Translations under genes and position numbers: made by a program
Notes under the pieces: model-generated
The model's input: only the letters and a program-made list of their open reading frames with translations
What the model was told of the DNA's origin: nothing
Database searches by the model: none
In this document: one piece after another, positions 13,625 to 27,262 of the stretch
How positions within the stretch are numbered: position 1 is the first letter of the stretch
Layout of the letters: every line of letters begins with the position of its first letter
NCBI GenBank assembly: GCA_002633005.1
Contig: NMRA01000715.1
Coordinates: 90,971 to 154,970, forward strand
Length of the DNA stretch: 64,000 nt
Reading direction: 5' to 3'
Origin: Phoronis australis
Taxonomy: Eukaryota; Animalia; Phoronida

Positions 13625-13920
13625 CGTGAGGTGATTCAGTCGATGATAGTAACTATGTAATTTTTATTTCACAACGGCAACTTGCTTTGAACTTCAAAAA
13701 ATGTATATAGTACGACGAGGAAAGTTGGTCAGAAGAATGCGAGGCTGACGTGCTTCGAAGAAAATGAAAACTCAGAGGCGATTCATGTTCCAATTAGTCA
13801 ACGTTTCAGTTTATGGACATAAAACCATCACCAGGAAACAATGTCACTAACCGTACGTCTGCAGTTACTATGGCCAAAAACCAGTGTTATTACTTGGTTC
13901 GGCTCTATCGTTCGGTAGCA

Positions 13921-14033
13921 TGTACACGACTTTAAAAAATTAGTACTTTTCACCAGGGCGAAAAGTTCTTTTAACCCGACGACTTTTCACCCGGGTGGAA
14001 AGAACTAAATAAGTTTTAAGAATTATTATGTAC
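13921..14033. repeat. Small imperfect palindrome / mini-MITE
   Basis: TTAGTACTTTTCACCAGGGCGAAAAGT pairs with ACTTTTCACCCGGGTGGAAAGAACTAA. TGTACA occurs at both ends. Confidence 0.5.
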
Positions 14034-16318
14034 AAGCCACCGTTCTATAGGGATCGGTTAATAAAACATTTATGTCTTATTAAACGGGCATTATTAACAT
14101 ATTTGTTGTATATAAATGTCAAGCGTACGATGCGTTCTGCAAATTAACCATGTCTCCGCAACGATGGCATATTAAGCACGACATTAAACTCGTGCTTTCT
14201 GTCAGAAAACCGTAAAATCTGTCTTGTCTTGTTCCTTACTCAGTCTCCAAGTGATCTCTAAATATGGTCTCAATCAGGGAGAAGTGGCAGTTTGGTATTT
14301 CTTGAGATCGAGTTCACAAAATTTCAGGTCACGCCGAATCTCGAAATTTTACGAATGAATCATAACAAAATGCTCTAATTGCCCAACTCCACTTCCGATA
14401 AGTTTAGGGCTAACGTATGCAGCGTGAGGGGGCGGGATACGGGGGTTTTTGGGGGATGGGAAAACTAGTACCATTGTGTTATGAGATATTGTGTCATAAC
14501 TCTAAACTTGCAATGAGAACTTCAGGATAAAGCGGTACTTGTTTAAAGGCCAAGTGGTTCAAGAGCTAGAGTCAATCGCCTCGCAGGTTTTCCAGGTTGT
14601 GAAAATACAAACAAAAGAATACACATTAACGTCACAAAATGTTTTATTTTTGATGAAAATGCCACCAGTATTTAATTTCGCGAGAAGGAAAAGTCTACGT
14701 AGTCACCGGCACATGTGATAAATGCGCGGGGCAAAGACGGAATGCCACAAGTAAAATTTACTTCACCGCACGTCGTGTTACAGTGTACTCGCTGCACAGG
14801 GAGGGCCTGACCCGTAACGGCTTTAGTGAACAATGAATGATCACTTGTACAGATGAGCGAGCGAGAGCGATTTGCACGGTTGCTGGGTCAGTGATAATTT
14901 TCGTAGCAGTCTGCCGCAAGCCTTTGCCTTACCTCGCTTGCATGCAGTGGGGATCTCGCGACGTGAAAAAAATACCAGTAAAGAGCACACTCGGTTCCTT
15001 GCGGGCAAAACTCTTTTTTCGCCCGCAAGGGGCAGTGAGCCGCAGTCTATATACTGTACATCTATGCAACCAAGTCTCACGTGAGGTTTGCACTATAGTC
15101 ATTTGGTTTCGAGGCCTGAAGTTCTCCGTCTGCCGTGCTCTCACTTGTCCTAATTACGTCGGCAAGTAGGCCTAGTCCCAGTGACTAGATTATGGACCTT
15201 GACTGATGCCGCAAATTCTAGTGTCATTATTTCACGTCACAGGATTGTGAATTTTTGTGAAAGTCTAGTGAACAGAACAGAGGATGATTCGTTTATCATG
15301 AGTTTTACACATGGTATGTCTCGTTACAACACGGAAACACGTTATTTCAAGGACAGCTTAATTGCTCTAGACGCGTCGTGGGAACCGGGGCTGCAGTGTG
15401 AATTCATCATAATAGCGCACCCAGCCTGCTGAATGTCACACAATAACGAAATGGTAACAATGCACTGCAAAGTTTGCTCTAGCCCTATGCAATGAGCTTA
15501 TTGTCCTATACAAACCCAGTGCGTGTGTTGTTTACCTTTATTCAAGACACATATGGTTGGCTATGTGCTAAAAGTGTCGGTAAGGAAGTTTTCACGCCCA
15601 CTAGCTGCTTTACGAGCGTGGTCGAATTCAGTCATAAAAGAAAGTAGAGAATATTAAATTTGTGAATTAGAGTCTACTTCACGAGCGTACTTCACGCTTA
15701 AAATACGAGAGTAAATTAGTGCGAGCGTGAATTAGGAGCGTGCAACACGAGCACAGACAAAATACGAGCGTTAACTATATGGAACGTGAATTACGAGCGT
15801 ACTGGGTCTGTACACTTTTACTGACGTCTGTTAGAATTCAGTATGGTTGGCTCTAAATTATAGTTGCGGTCTTAAGACACTTTTATACGCCTGTGTTTTG
15901 GAACGTAACTTAGGCCGTTGAGAAAGTAAGTATACACTCGGCGCGAATTTCGAGCGCACTTCACGAGCTTGAATTTCTAGGGCCACTTTCTTGCGCGACG
16001 TGGCCAACCATACAGTCAAGCATGAGAGGCTCTACAGGGTGTACCGAGCACTCAGGAGCCATACAAATCACTGTCCACATCCAGCTTTTAAACAACGTAT
16101 ATCGCAGGAAAGTATTCGACAAACTTAATAAATATGCTGTCGCCTGCATTTTCTCGAAGTCGTGAGTTATACTTTGGCCAGCCTATCTTACGCTCGCACT
16201 CTCCATAACTGCGTCGACGTATTCCGCTTTCAGGACAACCTCTGCACTTCGTTACGTGCATGTCCCATTCGAAATACACATAATACTGGGCTATATTTAT
16301 CAACTTACACATGTATAC

Positions 16319-16326
16319 TATAAAAG
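16319..16326 (+). promoter_or_regulatory. Candidate TATA box of the reeler gene
   Basis: TATAAAAG followed by a G-run, 78 bp upstream of the ATG at 16397. Confidence 0.55.
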
Positions 16327-16396
16327 GGGCTGAGAGGCGAGAAGGTTTGACTTCCCAAACGCTTGGTGATTTCCAGTAAACTCAGATGCAGTTGCA

Positions 16397-19300
16397 ATGA
16401 AACCAATCTACGTGGTAATTGTTTTCGTTTTGTTGACCATTGCACGAACAGACGCTTATGAAAGCGGAGACGGCATTGGAGTGGCGTGTACAAGTATGAT
16501 ACCCGGTCACTACACAACAGGTCGGAATATCAGTGAAGCGCCGTATGCAGTCAAGACAAACATGGCGGTGACAGCGCCGGGAGGGACGGTGAAAGGTAAG
16601 CACGGTGACGAGCCCGAGGGGACGGTGAACCTGGATAGGCATTCCCGGGCCTACCAAGCCTTGTCGCTCCAGAAGTCAATAGAGCTCCACCGCTTGGCAG
16701 GTCTAGCCGACGCGCACACTGTTATAACTGGATATAAGTAGTAAAAAATATTTTATGGACTTCAAACTTTAATCCACTGCACGTTGTAAATTTTTGCTAC
16801 ACACATCATATATATTTGTGTAGGTTTCGAACCGCGCGCTGCAGTGTCAACGATGAACACGATAAGAAATTAAATTTCAGTCCATCGGTGTCTACTTATT
16901 TGAATCTTCAAATTCGAATTGGAATTGGGTCTATGCAAACTGTGAAATTAGTGGGCTCAAGCTAGTGCGAACTCACGATAAGTACCTGCAGTGTGCTCAC
17001 GTACATTTAGGCACTGATCGCTCTTCTGGCTATTGTAGTCTNNNNNNNNNNNNNNNNNNNNNNNNNNNNNNNNNNNNNNNNNNNNNNNNNNNNNNNNNNN
17101 NNNNNNNNNNNNNNNNNNNNNNNNNNNNNNNNNNNNNNNNNNNNNNNNNNNNNNNNNNNNNNNNNNNNNNNNNNNNNNNNNNNNNNNNNNNNNNNNNNNN
17201 NNNNNNNNNNNNNNNNNNNNNNNNNNNNNNNNNNNNNNNNNNNNNNNNNNNNNNNNNNNNNNNNNNNNNNNNNNNNNNNNNNNNNNNNNNNNNNNNNNNN
17301 NNNNNNNNNNNNNNNNNNNNNNNNNNNNNNNNNNNNNNNNNNNNNNNNNNNNNNNNNNNNNNNNNNNNNNNNNNNNNNNNNNNNNNNNNNNNNNNNNNNN
17401 NNNNNNNNNNNNNNNNNNNNNNNNNNNNNNNNNNNNNNNNNNNNNNNNNNNNNNNNNNNNNNNNNNNNNNNNNNNNNNNNNNNNNNNNNNNNNNNNNNNN
17501 NNNNNNNNNNNNNNNNNNNNNNNNNNNNNNNNNNNNNNNNNNNNNNNNNNNNNNNNNNNNNNNNNNNNNNNNNNNNNNNNNNNNNNNNNNNNNNNNNNNN
17601 NNNNNNNNNNNNNNNNNNNNNNNNNNNNNNNNNNNNNNNNNNNNNNNNNNNNNNNNNNNNNNNNNNNNNNNNNNNNNNNNNNNNNNNNNNNNNNNNNNNN
17701 NNNNNNNNNNNNAAAATTCACATCTTACCAGCAGCTTCTGTTTTTTCATCGTCACTCAGGTTCCATTTTCTTTAAAAAATGAAGTAAATTTTCTTCACTG
17801 CACAGTGGAGCAGACGCCGGAAACGGATTCGTAGTGCGCAGCGCCACTGCCGGTCGCCTGGGATATCGCGGGAGAGCATATACTTAGCCATAGTTCCATT
17901 ACGAATGCGCCGTGTTCCGAATTTGACACTTGAAATTGGATTTTAATTACCCGGGCTAATTAATAAACTCAACATTTCCCTACGCTCTTACTGATTTATT
18001 TTTTGTGGCAGCCAAGGGGGGGGGCGGGTCCCCTGCCCCCTCCCCTAAATCCGCCTATGGATTGAAATACATGTGGTTTACTATGTTCTATCGAACTGGA
18101 CGGAATGTATAACAGCCGTAGGTTCATTTCAGTTATAATCGAAGGAACAACATCGAACGCAACATTCAAAGGCTTCATGCTTCAAGCCCGCGGGATTGAA
18201 AATAACGAGCCCATGGGTACTTGGTCTTTGCTTGAACCTGGCTCACAGCGCCAGAAGTGCTCCAACAGTTACGACATGGTGTCTCACAGCGACAATGCGG
18301 GCAAAAACAACAGAACTTTCACATGGATGTCGCCTTTGTCGTTTTCAGGCAACGTGACATTTTAGTAAGTCGCCTTGTTACTAGGGTCATACTTAGCCAG
18401 ACAGCTAGCCGGATGATGACTGTCGTCAAAATGCAGCTATACCCTTTAGCCTTGGTACAAAGCTGTATACTAAGTATACAGCTTTGCACCGACGTGGGTA
18501 AAAAGGTGGTAAGATAAAATCTGACACAAAATTAGTGTAATTAAAAACGACAGTTTTCCTTGAGTAAACTAAATTATTTAACAGTGTTGGAAAAAATGGC
18601 GATCTACCGTTATTCTGCTGCTAAAGTTGTGGAGCAATCTTTAGCGACGGCTTTCGGCGCCATGAAATACCATTGTGTCACCTATTGGCCAGTTTGAATT
18701 CTTTTTTCGCCGATTCTTCAATCAACTGTTGTTCTTTCACGAGTCTGCATACACGTCATAGCAAATTATCGGACCTGGTTTCACTTCATTATAAGTTTTT
18801 TAGAATTTTGATACCGAAAAACCGAATTTTAGAGGAAATTTTGTTGCTACCAAGCTATCACCATCTCCTGAGAGATGTCGCAAAAATTGTAGGAAATGGC
18901 GCGTGCGCGTGACACGAACATACTGTTTTCAAAACGACGACATACTTTTCATTGTTAGAAAAGGCGGAGAGTTACGCAAGAAAATGACGTTTATTGCATT
19001 GTTTTTTACTTAAACGGCTGTAACGGGCAAGGTGAGTGTCCGTTAATTCCCAGATTTTGCATGCACCCGTCCGATCTTTAGCTTTACATGTTGATACAAG
19101 TTTTACGGCGAGGTGACAAGGAGAACTACCCTGGCTGTGTGCAATTTCGGGGTCTACGGAAGAAATACACAGAGTGGTACCTAGCTGTATTTTGACGACA
19201 GTCTTCATACAGCTAGCTGGCTGGCTAGGTACCACTCTGTGTTTTTCTTCCATAGACTCCTAAATTGCACACAGCCAGGGTAGTTCTGCTCGTCAACTCG

Positions 19301-22218
19301 CCGTGAAAACTATATCAACATGTAGGCCTAGAGCTAAAGACCGGACGGGGTGCATGCAAAATCTCCGTGAGAATCAAACTTGCCCGTTACAGCCGTTTAA
19401 GTGGAAAACAATATAATAAACGTCATTTTCTTGCGTAATCCTCAGCCTTTGCTAAATAAGAAAAGTTATGTCGTCGTATTGAAAACAGTACGCTCGTGAC
19501 ACGTGCACGCGCCATTTCCTAAATTTTGCGACATCTCTCGGGAGATGATAGCTTGGCAGCAGCAAAATGTCTTCTGAAATTCGGTTTTTCGGTATTAAAA
19601 TTCTAAAAACTTATAATGAAGTGAAACCAGTTCCGATAATTTGTTGTGACGTGTACGCAACCTCGTGAAAGAACATTAGTTGATTGAAGAATCGGCGAAA
19701 AAAGAAACTGGCCAATAGGTGACGCCGAATATTTCATGGCGCCGAAAGCCGTCGCTAAGGATCGCTCCACAACTTTAGCTGCAGAATAACGGTAGAACGC
19801 CGTTTTTTCCAACACAGTTAATTGATTTAGTTTACTCAAGGAAGACTGTAGTTTTTAATGACACTAATTTTGTGTCAGAGTTTATCTTACCACTTTTTTA
19901 CTCATATCGGCGCAAAGCTGTATATTTTGTATACAGCTTTGTACCAAAGCTCGGTCACTCTCTGAGTTTTGATGACGAACTCTGCTTATGCAACCATGCT
20001 GACGTTTTAGAACTTGGGCCTACTGAATTTACGCATTACTGTCTGTGCTCGGCTTCGTGCATTTTTTGTGTTTGCTGCATGCACATTTTTATGTGGACGT
20101 TAATCGTATGTGTACTCAACTTGAATTTTCAACATTGCATTCATTGTAAGATGCACACTTCGTGTTCTCCTCCAGTTTCGAAGCAATAGCCACAGATTTG
20201 TGTTATTTTCTATTTCAGTGCTACAATCGTCCAAAAATACGACATATTCTTTGTGAAACTACAGTCCAGCGCAGTGCTTGTGGACCCTGTAAGTTGCAAG
20301 GGGAAGTGCCGTGCATTGTTGACGTTCAGGGATTAGCAAACTTCCATGAATTAGAGTTATAAATTGTTTAGTATTAGCTACCCAATCATAACTCTTGGAA
20401 TATTTATTTTTTGCATCCTTTGATTAAGCAACAATCCCTGAAGCTGCAGTGCTAACATAATCAAATCTGTCACTTTGTTATTACAACGTGACTCTGTTTA
20501 CAGCGCACCAGCACTTGTCGCACTCTCGAGTAAGCGACAACTTTCTGAACCATCAGCGTGATAAGATTCCTAAATGAAATGTCACCTTTTTACGGATAGA
20601 GGGTTTACTCGCTTGTACGAACAGACGGAACAACCTACTTACTACATATAGCATATACTTTCTAGAAAAACAGCTAGATATTGGATTCGTTGGCCTTCAT
20701 TGACTTCAGCTCATTGTCTCCGTTGTCGATCTAAATCAGCAATGTTTCACACAACCCACACAACCCAGTGGCGGATTTAGGGGGGCGGGGGCAAGGGGCC
20801 ACGGCCCCAAAAAATTCTACCAAATTTCATTTGGCAGTTCGGGAGTGCGAATGTCTGACGGGCAAAATCCGGGCTAATACTCTGTCCTGCCCCCCCCCCC
20901 CAACTCAAAATCCTGGATCTGCCCCTGCAACCGATAAAACTTTGTTTTTGGCATTCAAATTTCCATCGTGAAATATGGAGAGTTGACTGCACCGCTTCAC
21001 CATCAAATCTCGTATATCAAGTGTCACTGTTTTGGAGTTAAACAATGTTGTCATTAGTATGACGGTCATTTAAAGTAGGCCTAACGATTTTGATAGAGTT
21101 CCGATCATTTTCATGAATTTTTTAAATAAGTGTATGAGTTAACTCGACCATGCTCCGAACATTGTAAAATTTGTTATTTTTTGCTTTCGTCAAGTTGTAG
21201 TACTTTTTATTTCAGTTTAAAGGTAATGTTTTCCGATTTCGTAACCCGACGAGGCGTACGTGTCATTTCAATAGTTAGCTTTCCCCATAAACTACATGCA
21301 ACCAATAATGAATGGAAGCATACATTAAGTCGGCAGTCAACAGGAGTCTGCAACTTTTACCCTTTTACCTAAGGACCTCGAAATAGGTTAGGGCCACCGG
21401 CGACAGGCTTTGTAGGCAGTCCAGAGCTAACAGTGTCCCGTTATCTGCATGATTGGCAAACCACAGGATGCCCGTCCGGTTGCCAGCCGAGAGNNNNNNN
21501 NNNNNNNNNNNNNNNNNNNNNNNNNNNNNNNNNNNNNNNNNNNNNNNNNNNNNNNNNNNNNNNNNNNNNNNNNNNNNNNNNNNNNNNNNNNNNNNNNNNN
21601 NNNNNNNNNNNNNNNNNNNNNNNNNNNNNNNNNNNNNNNNNNNNNNNNNNNNNNNNNNNNNNNNNNNNNNNNNNNNNNNNNNNCGCGGGGGGGGGGGGGC
21701 AACGTCCATGCTGGCGTGAAACTGTTCCTGGACCTCCGGGCGAGTAACTCTATATCTTCAGGCCCCCTATGTACGTGTAGACCCGCTACTGAGTGGCTGA
21801 CCAGATTAAATTCAGTCCCGGTATTGGAAGTATGGAGTAAATTGAGTCTCTAAATTGACAATTCTGAAATTCTGAAAGAATGGTTCCTCATGGTGAAAGT
21901 TCCATGTAGGTACATGTATGTCTTGGCCGTCCCAGAAGCCCATACCGGCAGTTCGGAAAAATGTCCGACAATGAAGGTATTGACCAATCTAGAAAGGTGC
22001 ATATCCTACCTTGATATTGACATTACAAAGTTCATCATTCATTCCGTTGCAACATTTGAACAGTCCATTTCTTATTTCAGTCTCTGCCAGTGCCAACAAC
22101 ACCATCAGAGACTTCAACGTCGCCAAAAGATGGCACTAACGATGCCTCAATTCACGCGCGGGCCACTCTTCTCTTCGTTTATGTGCTGGAGATATTTGCT
22201 TTTGTCAGCTTCATGTAA
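16397..22218 (+). CDS. Reeler-domain protein (putative defense protein / FRRS1 N-terminal-like), signal peptide plus likely GPI anchor, 212 aa
   Basis: Exons 16397-16595, 18133-18364, 20219-20288 and 22081-22218, with GT-AG junctions and phases 1, 2, 0. Signal peptide MKPIYVVIVFVLLTIARTDA. Reeler motifs: ACTSMIPGH, PY, FKGFMLQAR, GTW, C, VSH, K, FTWMSP, GNVTFYATIVQKYDIFFV. Ends in a P/T/S spacer and hydrophobic tail ATLLFVYVLEIFAFVSFM*. The gaps in introns 1 and 3 could hide extra exons. Confidence 0.88.
17713..18059. mobile_element. Right part of a hAT-like MITE (same family as 62599-63612); left part is in the gap
   Basis: Matches 63213-63612 and ends CCCCTAAATCCGCCTATG. Confidence 0.8.
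18448..19951. mobile_element. 1.5-kb foldback element: ~730-bp inverted arms around a 38-bp spacer, in reeler intron 2
   Basis: 18448-19185 is the reverse complement of 19224-19951. For example, TACCGTTATTCTGCTGCTAAAGTTGTGGAGC pairs with GCTCCACAACTTTAGCTGCAGAATAACGGTA. Each end carries its own hairpin CAAAGCTGTAT-N7-ATACAGCTTTG. Confidence 0.9.
20766..20927. mobile_element. hAT-like MITE with 5-bp TSD (CAACC)
   Basis: Ends CAGTGGCGGAT / ATCTGCCCCTG with G-rich and C-rich subtermini. CAACC lies directly on both sides. Confidence 0.7.
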
Positions 22219-22766
22219 CATAATTATATTAGCGTACAACTGCGTTGAAGAAACATGTTGCGTTGGACATGCTTCATTTCCTGTGCTGCTTTGAAAATGA
22301 AACAACGAGCATTGAGCTAAGTTCAGTTAAACTATTGTATGGGAACAACTCATTGTTATGAAATGGATCATTCCAACATATTGACCACGCTCAACGTCTT
22401 CACCATTGCCAAGTTTCGTACAAGTTACATGTACTTGAAGGACGCATGGACGCTTGTTGAATGCACTTTCACTCTCCTGTAAAATTGTATTTTCTCATTG
22501 GTGATGTCTAATGAATAGACGCGGAAACGTTGATTGAACATGAACTTTTTTATTTGTGCGGCGATCGTCCAGTTTTTAATCTTACTGTGGCCAAAAACTG
22601 ATTTAATTGACTCCCTGGCGATAACTGATGTTCAATCAATAGGAACAGACTTTATATTAATTACTTCTCTCGTGCCCACAACTGAAGTGGAGCTTGTAAT
22701 GTGTAACACCTCGTCAAAATTGGACACGGTGCCGCCTTCTCTTGCTGGAGGATAGTTGATCAACAT

Positions 22767-23330
22767 TATTTTTATATTTTTTTTAAGTTTAAATTTTATT
22801 TTGCTCTAGCATGGCAATTACATGTCACATAAAACAGTACAGTATACGTTGTTTACAAAGAATAACATTAAATCGCTAGTCAACAAGTACCGTAGTTTGT
22901 TCAGGACCTGACTTAATGAGGTTTAAGAACATTTAGAAGTTGAGATTTTTAACAAACCATTGGCTAAATATTATGTAATTTTTTGCTAGTATGATCAAAA
23001 GATTAATGTTACAATTTTCCGACTGAGTGTTTCCCAAACCAAAAAACATTATTTTGTCCACAGAAAATTTACACGTGTTTGTTTCAACCATTCAGCAAAC
23101 AGGAGCCAGAAACCGGAGACAAGACGACATTCCCAAAACAGATGGGGAAAAGTTTCACTGTGTTCACCACAAAAAGAACATATATCACTTGTTTTTATTT
23201 CAATTTTATATAAATAATTTCTGGTTGGCAATATTCTGTGAATTAAGCGGTATTGAAACCAACGGAACTTTGTATCTTTTGTATAATTGAAGCGAAGTTT
23301 ATTTAATTTTGTCAATAAAAACACAAAAAG
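22767..23330 (-). mobile_element. 5'-truncated L1/Tx1-clade non-LTR retrotransposon 3' end
   Basis: Minus ORF reads TKFRWFQYRLIHRILPTRNYLYKIEIKTSDICSFCGEHSETFPHLFWECRLVSGFW, the RT-associated zinc-binding motif CxxC...E...HLFWEC. It is followed by AATAAA and an A-rich tail at ~22767-22800. Confidence 0.8.
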
Positions 23331-24299
23331 GGTGACCACTTGAATATCATCAATGTCCTCCTTCAAGGGCCCCTGAATATGAAAATATCTATATTTTTTC
23401 GAAAATCAGGAAATGCGCAGCAATTGATGTTATCTGTAAATTATCAATTTTTCTCAGGTGATGTAGTTTCGACAAAAAATAAAGCGAATGTTGTCTCCGC
23501 TAACCCTTGCCAAACAGGGGCCTCTGACTTATTCAATTTAATAATCCAACAAATAAGTACCCTCCGCAAAAGCTTCGCTTTACAAATTTTCGCGATTTTT
23601 CGAGATATATGTGCGAGTATGAATGATTACGTCACATTTTGAAGTGCGTTTAGACGAACTGTGCTGCAAAAGCGGAGACCTTAACAATGTCCTGGCCAGG
23701 TTAATCAAAAGGTAAACCATGCACTGTTGTTAAGTGTTCTCTTAGATTTTTCTCTTGTCCGTATTTCGTAGTCTTTCTTTCCTCTATTGTCCACGGCCCC
23801 ACGCCTATGTCGGTTGCCACGGTTTAACCCCGACGCCAGAAAATTGCTGGGGGAGGGGGGGGGGGCGTGTCCCCGCTTCAAACGGCCCTGGAGAGGGATG
23901 CAGAAGTAATGAAGTCTCAGATATCAAAAGCAGAAATGGTTGATTAGTTCACTGTCCCATGTCACACAATGCCCCGTTATTTAGCCAGCCTGAAAAGACC
24001 GCACGTGCATACATCTTGACCAAATACTAAAAAGATAATAAAAAACGCCGAGTATTGGATAATGAAGTAACTGTCGACGAGGCGTACGAACACAGTCTCA
24101 AGCAACGGAGCAGTGAATTTATCAGGGCGCTATATCACCAATACTATTCCCGATTTTACTCTTTCAGACAAAGCAACTAATCTCCACGAACAGACTATGA
24201 ACTTTTTTGCTGTCTTAAAATACGATTCAGAATGAAAACGACCATGATTGCGAACATTTATTGACGACAAAAATTGACCACATAATTCAGTTGCACAAG

Positions 24300-25464
24300 A
24301 ACAAGACGTTTGGATTTCAAGAGATCACTTGTCATGAAATATGACAGACGACCAGGTTTTCAAGATGAAGTCATGCACAGCGAATGAGGGTGTTAGAACT
24401 ATTCTGTCAAAAACAACCTTTGATTAAGGACACCGTTTACTACTATACAAGGACAACGCAACGTACTGAACTGCACCCACCACTGCACAATAAAAAGGTC
24501 ACCAGGGGGCGCAATATAATACAAACCTGTCTGAAATAAGGCAAGGACAATTGCCTCATTCATTTATAGAAACTCAAGTGTAAAATTTCGTCAATATCCA
24601 TCACGGAACTTGACAGTTGTGGAGCCACACGCAAAGATAAACTAACTGGCACTAGGGTACTCCACAGTGGTTGGATTCGTCCCAAAATCAAGTCGAGGGC
24701 ACTTTCGTCATAGAATACAATACGAAACTGATGTTCCATCAAACAACATGGTAGAAAATGAGGCACAGGGAAACCGAATTTACCACTAGGGGCATCGCAG
24801 TAGTTGGATTGGAGCCGTCCGAAAATCTGTGTTAGCCATGACCATCTGCCAAATTTCATGATCTTCAGTTCTAGCGCTTTGGCAGACTAGTAGAGAGACA
24901 AACGCCAAAATAGACACTAAAATGAGGAAAATGGACAATCAATAGGGGGCGCAGAATAATTTAACTCATCTAAAAAGGGACTGTGTTAAATACAAAGTTC
25001 AAATTGCCTCAAGTTGGACCACAGTAGTTAGACTCCACCGAAAGGCATTCTCACCAGTGCTCATCTCAATAGGACGAACACATCATTTAAATTTCATTGT
25101 GATCCTTCACATGGTTTGGGGAATAAAATGAAGAGACACAGGTCAAAATATAAGAAAAACGACAAGAGGGGGATAGAATAAATAGCATTTGCCGAAAAAT
25201 GAGGAGTGTCATCATGTCCATAATTGATACTTATTTTCCAAATTTCATGAAAATTCGTGACGGAACTCGTATATACCAGAGGCCAACCTCAAAATAAGAA
25301 AATTGCCACTTGAGGGCATGATAGCGGTAGTTAAATACATCAGAAAATTCGCTCATATCGTCCCATCCCTCATAGGAACATCCATCAAGGGGTGTTCATG
25401 GAGATACAGCAGCCCATGCCCAATACATGTACAATACACTCACACATGCACTGGGCACATAAAA
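24300..25464 (-). mobile_element. Helentron/HINE-like non-autonomous element with internal degenerate repeats
   Basis: Repeated CCA(CT)AGGGGGC and CCAAATTTCATG motifs. Ends (GGGCACATAAAA at right, AACAAGA at left) mirror those of the 59003-59970 element. Confidence 0.45.
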
Positions 25465-27108
25465 CTTGATCTGCTTGCCAACACGACTGTTTCAGACCAG
25501 GACACTGACCTCAATGTTTGTCGTGACAGGAATTACTTTCAGTGAGGGAACTTCAAGGCATTTTTTGTAACTAATTGCAATTCAAACTAGAAGAACAGAA
25601 TAAGATGTTTTGGAAGGAAAATGTGCCTGACAATGAAGTTGATATTTTAATACCAGTGGCTTTAAATTGTCCATTAGTAATACATTAGTAACAGAAAGTA
25701 ATATAAAAATACCACCACCAAAAATCATTTCATAACACCGACTCGTTTTTAGTTAGCACCCAAATTCAGCATGGTCTCACCAAAACTGACTATTAGTAAC
25801 GGGCCATAAACTGATCAAACCTACATAAGGCTAGCGCAGACCTAGAGCTATGAACTGACTGACAGATGAGCATAAATCCCACAGTCAAAGTGAAAGCAAT
25901 TGAATGAACTACATAGAGCAGCTAGTTCATTCAAATTTTCGGCTCATACATAGCTCTCAGTTTGCAGTGGCCTTAATGGCAAGCCACTTCACTAGGCACA
26001 ATGATTATCAAGTGTTCATACATTAATGGAATTAAATTAAGAGCTATGCAATATGCCAGCACAAAATTAGAGTATTTTATCTATTATGAATAACAACAAC
26101 AACAGCAACAACAAAGGACAATTAATCTAAAGAATTTGTTAACATTAAACTTGTACCAGCCCAATGAAAATGATACACCTAAAATATGTAATTTCTCTCA
26201 TGGCAGCTGCCCCAGAAATTTTCTATCAAAAATATAGGCCAAATTAGGACATGAATGCACTCGACTAGTCCAGGTCAAGATTCAGATTCATTTAGGGTTG
26301 ATTCAGAAAATATAATTTTTTGTTCGTTGATGAGTCATGATTAAGCCTGAGTAACAGCTCATTACATGAGTCATGTGACAGGTGAGAGATTACATAACAC
26401 AGGTAGGCTGGGTGACAACTGGACCAGGACAATGACACAGCAGTGTTAGAAGGCTAAGTACTACCCAAACACATCCATATATAACAATCATTACAATAAA
26501 GAGAAAATTGCAAACAAAGAGATGGCAGGAAGTTATATTATGTATCCAGCTTGACAAAGCAAACCAGTTTACCCAAAACAAAGGTAAATAATTTTTCAAC
26601 AGTGGATCTTCAGCCAAAAGGCCTACAGTATAAACAAGCAGAGTCTGGTGATGTTCATGTAACACCAGTTTGTTCTAAACTTTCTTAAAGATCAGATACT
26701 TAAACAGAACACAATTATCACATTATCAAGGATAATGAGCAGCAGAGTTGTTTGAACAAAGATTGAATATTTTGAGGAAAACATGATAGATACTGAACAC
26801 AAATGTAACAAAATTACGCAGCGTTACCATACATTTAGCTCCTGTTGAGGTACTGTGTCTGTCCACACCAGTCTGATACCACAACAAACAGAAAACCCAC
26901 AGAAGCCACAATATACACAGATAACATGTCATGATTTGAGCAGTATTTACCAGTTAACTACCACTGCTGAATGTTTGTGTGAAAAAATACAACACTGTAG
27001 CCTTGCAGCATTAAAATTTGAACAAAAAAGCAAACAATATTTCTAACACCGTTGGTTAAGTTTGAGTCACAGCAGGCCAAAAACAGTGACGATCACATGA
27101 CAACAGAA

Positions 27109-27262
27109 TCAGTTTAAGGCAAAAGATTCTTCACCCGCTAGTGGAGTGCGCTTGTACTTTGTGTTTGAGACAACATAGACCGTATACAGCCCTGTGGCAA
27201 TGAGACTGACACCAAGGAAATTGATCAATAATCCCTCTGACGGAAACTGGCTATAGGTGGCT
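27109..27262 (-). CDS. Cytochrome b561 alternative last exon B (TM6 + tail ...KRTPLAGEESFALN*)
   Basis: Acceptor TTTTGTTCATTTCAG|A has the same phase. Translates as ATYSQFPSEGLLINFLGVSLIATGLYTVYVVSNTKYKRTPLAGEESFALN*. Not in the ORF track (under 60 aa). Confidence 0.88.

Noticed and set aside
16957-17834. Long ORFs over N runs (also 21365-21853 and 40007-40916)
   Set aside because: Artefacts of translating assembly gaps.
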